DNA from: a virus
Taxonomy: Duplodnaviria; Caudoviricetes
Length of the DNA stretch: 61,604 bases
Direction: 5' to 3' (one strand)
IMG/VR virus record: IMGVR_UViG_3300043773_000773
Location: 1 to 61,604 of that record
Made by a program: the position numbers and the translations under genes. The notes under the pieces were generated by a model, which ran no database searches, was not told the DNA's origin, and saw nothing but the letters and a program-made list of their open reading frames with translations. Of this stretch, positions 54,421 to 61,604 are shown piece by piece. The stretch's first letter is position 1; each line of letters opens with the position of its first letter.

Positions 54421-55290
54421 ATGTCACGAGACAACATCACGCTCGGCGCTGGTCTTGGCGGCATCTGCCTCATGTCCACCCGCAGGCAGCGGAGGGACAC
54501 GGTCTACGATGCCGCCGTCCTGGCTGGCATCGAGCGGTTCGTACCTCCCACCCCAGCCGCAACCACCACGCTGCGGTCGGCCATGCTGGAGGAGGGCGCT
54601 CGCCTGTACGGCAGGCGGCGCAAGCAGCCCATCACTGTGCGGCAGCTCGATGAGCCGAACTCATTCGAGTGTGTGCGAGTCGTGCCAAGCGTGGCCCGCA
54701 ACGACTACCGCTTCCTGTTCTCGGCAAGCATCGACCCGCAGTGGCAGGTCACGATCCTCGACGCCAGCATGGACGTAAGCCGCAACGTGCTGTGGGATGC
54801 CGTCACCCAGCAAGTCGATGTGATGCGGCTGTACCTACCCGGCCCTGTCATCTCGCAGGTACTTGTCAAGGGGCTGCGCTCGTGGGGTGCGCTGTCGCTG
54901 AAGGACGACGGCGGCGCATGGTTCCTCGACGGCCGCTACCTTGAGAAGTATCGTGACTTCGCCCGCCACGCGCGGGGGGTCGACGGCCCCAAGTTTACGG
55001 TGACGCAGTTCGAGATCGGCTCCGACCCTGACACGGTGGCGCACGTACTCGACTGCCTGCACGAAGAGGTCACGGCTGGCGTGCAGGAGATCATGTCCGA
55101 TGTGATGGCAGCGGAGGGTGGCATGTCCGATCGCTCGATCAACTGCCGCACCGAGCGGGCCAACACGTTCCTCGCAAAGGTGCAGCAGTACGAGAGCCTG
55201 CTCGGCAGGCCGCTGCCCGAACTGACCGATGCTGTCGAGCAGACCAAGCAGGCGCTCGCCGTGAATCGCCTGCTGGCTTCGTCCATCTGA
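54421..55290 (+). CDS. DUF6744/DUF3150-like protein of AAA-VWA module
   Basis: DDGGAWF motif, helical C-terminus (YESLLG), context upstream of AAA and VWA genes. Confidence 0.55.
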   Translation: MSRDNITLGAGLGGICLMSTRRQRRDTVYDAAVLAGIERFVPPTPAATTTLRSAMLEEGARLYGRRRKQPITVRQLDEPNSFECVRVVPSVARNDYRFLFSASIDPQWQVTILDASMDVSRNVLWDAVTQQVDVMRLYLPGPVISQVLVKGLRSWGALSLKDDGGAWFLDGRYLEKYRDFARHARGVDGPKFTVTQFEIGSDPDTVAHVLDCLHEEVTAGVQEIMSDVMAAEGGMSDRSINCRTERANTFLAKVQQYESLLGRPLPELTDAVEQTKQALAVNRLLASSI

Positions 55291-55312
55291 ACCACCACAC
55301 AAGGAGAATGCA

Positions 55313-55777
55313 ATGGGATACTACGTTCGCACTACCGGCAGCAACTTCTATGTTGCGCAGAGCAAGAAGAACGCAGCGTACGAAGCGCTGTGCGCACTGA
55401 ACCAGAGGGACGACCTCAAAACCGGCGGGTCGTTTGGCGGCAACCTCAGCGGAGACAGCCCGCGCCCTGCTGGCCTCGATCACCACCCGAGCCGGTGGTT
55501 CTCGTGGATGGCGGCTGACTACCCGAGCAAGTGCAAAGACCTGAAGCAGGTGCTTGAGGAAGTCGGCTTCGATGTGGTCGAGGACGAGGCGGGCAACGTC
55601 ACGGGCCTGCACTACGACAGCAAGACCGGGCATGAGTCTCTGTTCCTGTCGGCACTCGCCCCTTTCGTGCGAGACGGCTCGCACATCGACTGGCAGGGCG
55701 AAGAGGGCGAGCACTTTCGGTACGAGTTTTCTGGCGGCCGCATGCTGGAGCGTGACGGACGCATCGTCTGGGCTTGA
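55313..55777 (+). CDS. Hypothetical protein
   Basis: MGY start, LAPFVRDGSHIDWQGEEGE motif, AAGGAG RBS. Confidence 0.7.
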   Translation: MGYYVRTTGSNFYVAQSKKNAAYEALCALNQRDDLKTGGSFGGNLSGDSPRPAGLDHHPSRWFSWMAADYPSKCKDLKQVLEEVGFDVVEDEAGNVTGLHYDSKTGHESLFLSALAPFVRDGSHIDWQGEEGEHFRYEFSGGRMLERDGRIVWA

Positions 55778-55806
55778 TACACACTCACACTAGGAGACTA
55801 TTCATC

Positions 55807-56910
55807 ATGGCTCGTGCAACTCTCGGAAACGATCCGGCTTTCATCGCTGCGCAGGTTGTTCCCACGCTCGTGCGTGGCGGCACCGGCGTCGGCAAGTCCT
55901 CCACGTGGGAGGCACTGGCTCGCGCGCTGGAGCGGACGTTCGTTCCGCTGCTTGGCGCTACTCACTTGCCAGAGGACTTCTCTGGCTATCCAACCCCTGA
56001 CCACAAGGCTCGCGTCACACGCATGATGGCTTCGTCGTGGGTGGAGAAGACGCGGGACGGCAACGCCCTCGTTCACGTGGACGAGGTGACGAACGTGGCG
56101 CCCGCCACTCAAGCCGGACTGCTCTCCGTAATCTCGGAGCGGCGAGTGGGCGACGAGGTGATGCCAGAGTCCACGATCGTCGTGGGTTCGTGCAACCCAC
56201 CGGAACTGTGCCCCAACGCAGTGCCGCTGTCGCCCGCCATGCGGGCGCGGTTCTTCCACCACGACTGGGTGGTGGACTACGAACACTGGTTCGAGGGGCT
56301 GCGTGCCGGGTGCAACTGGACAGCGCCCGAGTTCCCCGTCGTGCCGGAGCATTGGGTCGACATGCTCCCGCAGTTCGGCTCGCTGGCTGAGGCATTCCTC
56401 CGCTCGGCACCAGACTGCCGGGAGAAGCTGCCGACCGACGACGAAACCATGTCGTTCCCCAACCCCCGCACGTGGACGTACCTCGTCAAGTGCTTCGCCG
56501 CTGCGCAAGCCTGCGGCTTCGAGCGCAAGCACCCGATGTACCGGGCGCTGGCAATGGGCTGCGTCGGCGAGGCGGCGGGTGGCGAGTTCCTGCGGTACTG
56601 GCACAACCTCGACCTCGCCAACCCGGAGTCCTTCCTGTCTGGCGACGAGAAGTATGAGTACGAGAAGCGACCAGACGCCAACATCTGCCTGCTCACCGGG
56701 CTGGTGCGGTGCCTGCGTGACAACACCAGCAAGGAGCGGTGGCTCAACGCTGCGAAGGTGTTCATCACCATCGGCGAGCAGGAGATTGAGTCGTTCCTCA
56801 TGCAGTTCAAGTCCTTCTGGAACCCCGTCGGCAAGGGTGGCGTGCGGCCCGATGGCTGGTCGCCGCCGAAGGATGTTCTCGCCAAGCTGATGGGCCTCGT
56901 TCAGTCCTGA
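55807..56910 (+). CDS. MoxR-type AAA+ ATPase
   Basis: GGTGVGKS, VHVDE, CNP, SPAMRARF, NPRTW. Confidence 0.88.
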   Translation: MARATLGNDPAFIAAQVVPTLVRGGTGVGKSSTWEALARALERTFVPLLGATHLPEDFSGYPTPDHKARVTRMMASSWVEKTRDGNALVHVDEVTNVAPATQAGLLSVISERRVGDEVMPESTIVVGSCNPPELCPNAVPLSPAMRARFFHHDWVVDYEHWFEGLRAGCNWTAPEFPVVPEHWVDMLPQFGSLAEAFLRSAPDCREKLPTDDETMSFPNPRTWTYLVKCFAAAQACGFERKHPMYRALAMGCVGEAAGGEFLRYWHNLDLANPESFLSGDEKYEYEKRPDANICLLTGLVRCLRDNTSKERWLNAAKVFITIGEQEIESFLMQFKSFWNPVGKGGVRPDGWSPPKDVLAKLMGLVQS

Positions 56911-56932
56911 CCACACACACAAGGAGAATCCC

Positions 56933-58402
56933 ATGACGCCACGACAACTGCTTGGGCAGGCGAGGGTACACACCTTCGAGTACCTGCCCTACCTCGCAAG
57001 CTATGTCTATAGCCTGCGCGAACATGAGACGCCCGGCATCGGCACCGCTGCGGTAGACGATGCGGGCAATCTCTACTGGTGCCCGGAGTACATCACTTCG
57101 ATCGGCAAGGAGACGGCCTCCTACGTGATCCTGCACGAGACGCTCCACCTCATCTTCGATCACCACAAGAGGGCGATCGAGATGCTGGGCGAAGACATGA
57201 CGGAGACGGAGCGGTACATCTGCAACATCGCCGCCGACCTCGTGATCGAGCAGACGCTCCACATGATGCGGCACCTGCGACCAGAGGGTGCCGTCTGTCT
57301 TGGCGCAAAGGTTCCCAAGCTCGGGATCAAGCTCGACTTCCCAGAGAACAAGTCGATGCAGGAATACTACCGGCTCATCACCGAGAAGATGAAGTCCAAC
57401 CAACAGCAACAACCGGAGGGCAGCGATGGAGACGATGAGCAGCAACAGGGTTCGGGCGAGTCGCCCGACGGGAGTGGCAGCGGCGATGGCGATCGCAATG
57501 ACAACAACGGCGGACAGGATATGGGAGCAGGTGACGACGGAGGCGGCTCGGGGAACGACGATGACGGCACTGAGGCGGACGGCAAGGAAGATGCGTCTGG
57601 CAACGGAGCGGGGTCGCCTTCGGCTGGGCAGGGCAAGGCACCGCAAGCACCCTGCTCGCCCGGCTCCGGCGGGTCGTGCGCCGACGGGCAACGGCGGCCC
57701 TATGAAGTGGAGAGCGACGGGTCTTGGGAAGCGTACGGCGAAGACATGGCCGCCGCGAAAGCCGAAGAAGCGATCGCAGAGATAGAGGCATCCAAGCCCG
57801 GCACTGTACCCGGCAACATCAAGGAGGCACTCAAGCAGAAGCTGCGGCCCCAGCCAGACCCGTTCGATCAGCTTCGCTCTGCGGTCTGCACAAGCGTGGC
57901 CTCGCCGGTCGGGGGCCGGGAGTTCACCCACCGCAGGCTCTCCCGCAAGCAACCGCCGGGAGACAACGAGCCGCTGCTGCACGGCCGCATCTGCATGCAG
58001 CCGAAGGCAGTCGTCATCGTTGACACCAGCGCATCCATGATGCTCCGGGAAACGAAGGCGAAGGCGCTCTCGGTCATCGGGCAGGGGCTGCGCAAGCTGC
58101 ATCGAGTCAAGGTGTACTGCGCCGACACCCACGTGCGGAGCAACGCCATCGTCTCCACGACCAAGCGGTTCGAGTGGTACGGCGGCGGCGGCACCGACAT
58201 GGCGAGGGCGATCGAGGAGGTGGACCGTACCGAGAAGCCGGACTCCATCATCCTCGTGACCGACGCCGAGACGGACTGGTGCGCAGCCAAGCCACGCGCC
58301 CGCGTGGTCGTGGCCTACACCGGCAAGCCCGACTCGCACTGGCACAACGCCATCCCCAAGTGGTGCCGCACTGTGGTGCTGGAGAAAGGAGGGGCAGCAT
58401 GA
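56933..58402 (+). CDS. VWA-domain metallopeptidase (DUF2201-like)
   Basis: HETLH, NIAAD, acidic Gly linker, DTSASM MIDAS, GGGGTD, TDAE. Confidence 0.88.
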   Translation: MTPRQLLGQARVHTFEYLPYLASYVYSLREHETPGIGTAAVDDAGNLYWCPEYITSIGKETASYVILHETLHLIFDHHKRAIEMLGEDMTETERYICNIAADLVIEQTLHMMRHLRPEGAVCLGAKVPKLGIKLDFPENKSMQEYYRLITEKMKSNQQQQPEGSDGDDEQQQGSGESPDGSGSGDGDRNDNNGGQDMGAGDDGGGSGNDDDGTEADGKEDASGNGAGSPSAGQGKAPQAPCSPGSGGSCADGQRRPYEVESDGSWEAYGEDMAAAKAEEAIAEIEASKPGTVPGNIKEALKQKLRPQPDPFDQLRSAVCTSVASPVGGREFTHRRLSRKQPPGDNEPLLHGRICMQPKAVVIVDTSASMMLRETKAKALSVIGQGLRKLHRVKVYCADTHVRSNAIVSTTKRFEWYGGGGTDMARAIEEVDRTEKPDSIILVTDAETDWCAAKPRARVVVAYTGKPDSHWHNAIPKWCRTVVLEKGGAA

Positions 58403-58899
58403 AGAACGTGACTCTAGAGACGATGCCGCCGCCAGACTACCAGCCGTTCACCCATGACACGTGGGTAGAACAGGCATGGGTTCCGGCGTATCCGCTGTTC
58501 GCCAAGCGGGCGAGGCGATTCGCCATCAGGCTGCGCCGGGAACTGGCCGACATGAGCATGCCCGCCAGACTGATATTGCAAAGCGCCCCAGAGCTTCCGA
58601 TCCACCAGATACGCCTGGCCCCGCAGTCGCTTCAACTGATCGTCATCGCAGACAGCCCTACGCCCGGATACGGAACCGGCCTGTGGGTCTGGGTTGCGAT
58701 GCACAGCAACGAGTCGCGCCGCCACTTCGGCATCGACTACGACTACGGGCTGACCCACTGCCAGTACCTTGCCACGCGATGCGGCGCCAATATCAGCGAC
58801 CCATACTTCAACGACTACATGCGTTGGTGTTGCGCCAGAGACGCCATCAACGGCATCAAGGAGTGGGTCATGTCACATCTCTACATCCCTGGAATCTAG
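58399..58899 (+). CDS. Hypothetical protein
   Basis: ATGA-coupled start MKNVTLE. Confidence 0.6.
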   Translation: MKNVTLETMPPPDYQPFTHDTWVEQAWVPAYPLFAKRARRFAIRLRRELADMSMPARLILQSAPELPIHQIRLAPQSLQLIVIADSPTPGYGTGLWVWVAMHSNESRRHFGIDYDYGLTHCQYLATRCGANISDPYFNDYMRWCCARDAINGIKEWVMSHLYIPGI

Positions 58900-58910
58900 G
58901 AACCCTACCC

Positions 58911-59096
58911 ATGTACTCATTTCAGAAGCGCCTCGACATCATGCTCGGCGCCGAAGCGACTCCCTTCATCTGGTTCTGTCGGGCATGCTGGTTTGCATTC
59001 GCCTGCTACACGGCAAGCAACCCAGCCGCCACCTACTACATCGCGCCGCACCTGTGGGTGATCGGCGTTGCCCTGTACTACTTCTACCCCGCCTAA
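58911..59096 (+). CDS. Small two-TM membrane protein
   Basis: MYSFQKRL..FIWFCRACWFAF..LWVIGVALYYF. Confidence 0.55.
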   Translation: MYSFQKRLDIMLGAEATPFIWFCRACWFAFACYTASNPAATYYIAPHLWVIGVALYYFYPA

Positions 59097-59105
59097 GGAG
59101 AAGCC

Positions 59106-59846
59106 ATGCCTATCGTCTATGCCTACGGTCGCGCCAGTACCGGGCGTCAGACCATCACCGAATCGCACCAGCGGGCCACGTGCGAAGAGCACATCCAGCG
59201 GGCAATCCTCCCCGCCGGGTTCACCTACGGCGGCTGGCTCTATGACTCAGCCACCAGCGGCAGCAAGCCCATGTTCGAGCGGGACGAGGGCCGCAAGCTG
59301 TGGGCACTCGTCCAGCCAGGAGACAAGATCGTGTGGGCCAAGCTCGACCGTGCATTCCGCTCGGTCGTGGACGCAGCCCAGACGATGGCGCTGCTGCACC
59401 GCAAGGATGTGACGTTCTCGTCGCTGGACTTGGGCCTCGACACCAGCACGCCGATCGGTAGGTGCGTGTTCACTATCCTGTCTGCGTTCGCAGAGCTAGA
59501 GCTTGAGTTCATCCGGCAGCGCACCCGCGATAGCCTTCGCGCCAAGCGGGCCGATGGCAAGCCGTACAGCAAGCACGCCCCCATCGGCTGGAAGAAGATC
59601 GGCACCGGCAAGGACTCGTACTACATGCCAGACCCGCTCGAGAGGTCGCAGGTAGCCGAGATGCTGGCCCTGCGGCAGTCTGGCGCCAGCCTGGAGCGCA
59701 TCACCAATCACATGTACAACGTGACGCGCAGCAACGGCAAGCGGTGGAACATCAACTCCATCTCGCAGGCGCTCAGGGCAGCAAAGGCTCGCTTTGCAAA
59801 AGAGTTTGCAGCATCTCCAAAGCGGCGGCGAGCCGTCGCCGTATAG
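59106..59846 (+). CDS. Serine recombinase (resolvase/invertase family)
   Basis: YGRAST, SG, WAKLDRAFRS, FAELE..IRQRT. Confidence 0.92.
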   Translation: MPIVYAYGRASTGRQTITESHQRATCEEHIQRAILPAGFTYGGWLYDSATSGSKPMFERDEGRKLWALVQPGDKIVWAKLDRAFRSVVDAAQTMALLHRKDVTFSSLDLGLDTSTPIGRCVFTILSAFAELELEFIRQRTRDSLRAKRADGKPYSKHAPIGWKKIGTGKDSYYMPDPLERSQVAEMLALRQSGASLERITNHMYNVTRSNGKRWNINSISQALRAAKARFAKEFAASPKRRRAVAV

Positions 59847-60294
59847 TGCGCGGGTCGCACTTGGACTGCTCGCCAATCTCCCGCATGCTCATCCCCTTGA
59901 AGAACCGGAGGTGGATCAGCTTGCGGGACTTGGCGGGCAGTCTGGCGATAGCCGTCTGGAGCTTGGTCGACATGCTGTTCGGGGCCACCGCAAGCGCTTC
60001 GGCAAGCTCCAGCGGCACCCTGTCGGGCGAGTCGTACCGGGCGCGGCGGTTGCGGTCTATCTCCTTGAGGAGCGCATTGCGCACCGCCATTGAGAAGTAC
60101 GTCGTGATCTTCGACTGGGCCGGATCATAGGTCACGGCGGCGCGGCAGACGGCGAGGTACGCCACGCTTTCTGCGTCAATGCTAGCGACCTGCTTGCGCA
60201 GCGTGGGATAGCGGCACCGGAAGGCGACGATCGCCTTCGGAACTACCTCCATCGCCTGCTCGGCAAGCTGCCGCTGTTCATCCGTGAGCCGCAT
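59773..60294 (-). CDS. Sigma-70 family (ECF-size) sigma factor
   Basis: YDP....TTY region 2; LP...RKLIHLRF..GMSMREIG..HTH region 4. Confidence 0.85.
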   Translation of the reverse strand: MRLTDEQRQLAEQAMEVVPKAIVAFRCRYPTLRKQVASIDAESVAYLAVCRAAVTYDPAQSKITTYFSMAVRNALLKEIDRNRRARYDSPDRVPLELAEALAVAPNSMSTKLQTAIARLPAKSRKLIHLRFFKGMSMREIGEQSKCDPRTIRRRLAAALEMLQTLLQSEPLLP

Positions 60295-60358
60295 GCCACC
60301 ACTGTGGGCGGCGCCATGCCATGCTGATAGGCAGCGTCTTTACTTTCGCTCAGTAGCG

Positions 60359-60511
60359 TCACTCAGGCTGCAACCGCTGCGACTCGGCCGATTGCAGATC
60401 GCAAAGCATCGTCCGCAGGCGTTCAATCTCGTCGGCGGCATCGGACAGGAGTTGTCCGACCTCTGGCTCCCACGCCACCTCTGACCGCAACCGCTCGCAG
60501 ATGTCGCCCAT
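60359..60511 (-). CDS. Small hypothetical protein (AADEIERLR motif)
   Basis: MGDICERLR...DAADEIERLR, common phage accessory motif. Confidence 0.65.
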   Translation of the reverse strand: MGDICERLRSEVAWEPEVGQLLSDAADEIERLRTMLCDLQSAESQRLQPE

Positions 60512-60558
60512 GACCCTACCTTTTCGCTGTAGCGTCAACCAACGGTCAAGCAACGTGC

Positions 60559-60864
60559 CTACTTCGGCACCTTCCGTGCCCGAACCTGTCGCTTTGTGAC
60601 ACTTTTCGCCACTGTGTGTGGAGTCGTTTCGCGGAGCCAATCGGCCTGCGTCTCTTCCTCGCCGTACCGCATCGCGGCCTGGGCATCGAAGGCGTCGGCC
60701 CGCCCCAGGTCGAACCACGCAGGATAGTGGCGAAGGATGCGTCGGGCTTCCTCGCGGATGTCGCGGCGGATGCCCTTGATGCCGCCAGCGTATGGCGAGG
60801 CCAGCCTCTGGAGGAACGACTTGGCGTAGATCACCGCTCGCGTCCGTTCGTCTGGCATCGTCAT
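60559..60864 (-). CDS. BPSL0761-like small protein, allele B
   Basis: MTMPDERTRAV...FL..L...IREEARRILRHYP signature. Confidence 0.75.
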   Translation of the reverse strand: MTMPDERTRAVIYAKSFLQRLASPYAGGIKGIRRDIREEARRILRHYPAWFDLGRADAFDAQAAMRYGEEETQADWLRETTPHTVAKSVTKRQVRARKVPK

Positions 60865-60897
60865 CTGTAAGAAGTCCTGGCGTGTCTTTCTTCCGCT

Positions 60898-61101
60898 TTA
60901 TCGGAGCGTATCCGCGTATACCGCCGGTATATCGGTGGTTGCCAAATCAAAGCCACTGCCCCGTCCCCTCGTCGCCAAGCCGTTGTCGGGCTGCGTTACG
61001 CCTGGGGGCTGCCTCGCCTGCCCCGTCGCGGCACCGTAGGGCGCGGTGCCAGGACGGGCGAGGTTGTGTACGGTGTCTGTACTCAATCTATGTAGCGTCA
61101 C
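60898..61101 (-). CDS. Possible small ORF (allele B)
   Basis: GTG start inside the motif; weak coding signal. Confidence 0.3.
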   Translation of the reverse strand: MTLHRLSTDTVHNLARPGTAPYGAATGQARQPPGVTQPDNGLATRGRGSGFDLATTDIPAVYADTLR

Positions 61102-61412
61102 TCAATCCCAAGAGCCTTGAACGCCACTCTACGCAGGTCGGCAATGTGATGCTCGGCGGCTCGCATGGCACCGGCTGACCCAGCCCCTTCGGTCGGGCGG
61201 ATGCCAGCGTTCCACAAATCATCCATGAGAACTTGGGCTTGTTCTTTTCGGATCAGCAGTAGCGGCTTCATCTCGGCGCTGGCGGAAATCGTCTCCCACT
61301 GAATAGTCGCCACCTTGGTGTCGCCGTTCTGGAGCCTGCCGAACGCAGCAATCTCAACTCCATGCACCCAAGGTGCCGCCTTCGCCCGAACGTGGTCGTC
61401 GTAGTTCAGCAT
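61098..61412 (-). CDS. Hypothetical protein unique to allele B
   Basis: AAGGA RBS; AQVLMDDLWNAGIRPTEGAGSAG. Confidence 0.75.
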   Translation of the reverse strand: MLNYDDHVRAKAAPWVHGVEIAAFGRLQNGDTKVATIQWETISASAEMKPLLLIRKEQAQVLMDDLWNAGIRPTEGAGSAGAMRAAEHHIADLRRVAFKALGIE

Positions 61413-61604
61413 GGCCGATCCTTTCGGGTGGTCATTCTACCCGACAGGCAAACGAGCGCAACGCTCGCCGTGACGCTACACTGTGGGTGTAGAGCTGTCA
61501 GCGAAGCAGACCCTTCAGGCCAGCCGCGACATCCGGGCCGAGCAACTCCAGCACCCTCGCATCGACCTGCGCCTGCGTGTAGTCGCCAGCAGCGTCGTAC
61601 TTCT

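Larger units (their letters stand above)
60353..61480. repeat. GTAGCGTCA(C) motif at 60353, 60529, 61092 with inverted copies at 61470-61480 and 629-639
   Basis: Seen directly; two copies contain the TGA stop of minus-strand genes. Confidence 0.75.

Overview
The window is an essentially complete, GC-rich dsDNA tailed-phage genome with a podovirus/P22-like layout: terminase, portal, capsid, adaptor and nozzle genes, large putative ejection proteins, and no tape-measure gene. It was assembled as a circle plus an overrun. Bases 1-121 are identical to 60658-60778 and bases 652-778 are identical to 61478-61604. Between these anchors two different alleles of one variable locus are present (122-651 and 60779-61477), so the unit genome is 60,657 or 60,826 bp. 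The minus strand (672-46451) carries tail-fibre and lysis-type genes (including a papain-like peptidase), nucleotide hydrolases, several nucleases, an SF2 helicase, ERF/RecE, the virion block, a kinase-like gene and SSB. A tyrosine recombinase lies in this block on the plus strand. The plus strand (46794-59846) is an early/accessory region of small genes, an amidoligase plus class II glutamine amidotransferase, a LexA-type HTH, a MoxR AAA plus VWA-metallopeptidase and a serine recombinase. A sigma factor follows on the minus strand. The most notable non-coding signals are: (i) nine copies of CCG(A/C)TGCGGAGTC(T/C)G, mostly followed 4-11 nt later by an unrelated stem-loop, that punctuate the early genes; (ii) a pseudoknotted element of about 180 nt behind a PD-(D/E)XK endonuclease; (iii) a G(A/C)CAT(A/G)(A/G)AT motif upstream of late genes; and (iv) TGACGCTAC motifs bounding cassettes in the variable locus. 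All family names come from motif recognition by eye, not database searches. A Planctomycetota-like host is only a weak inference.
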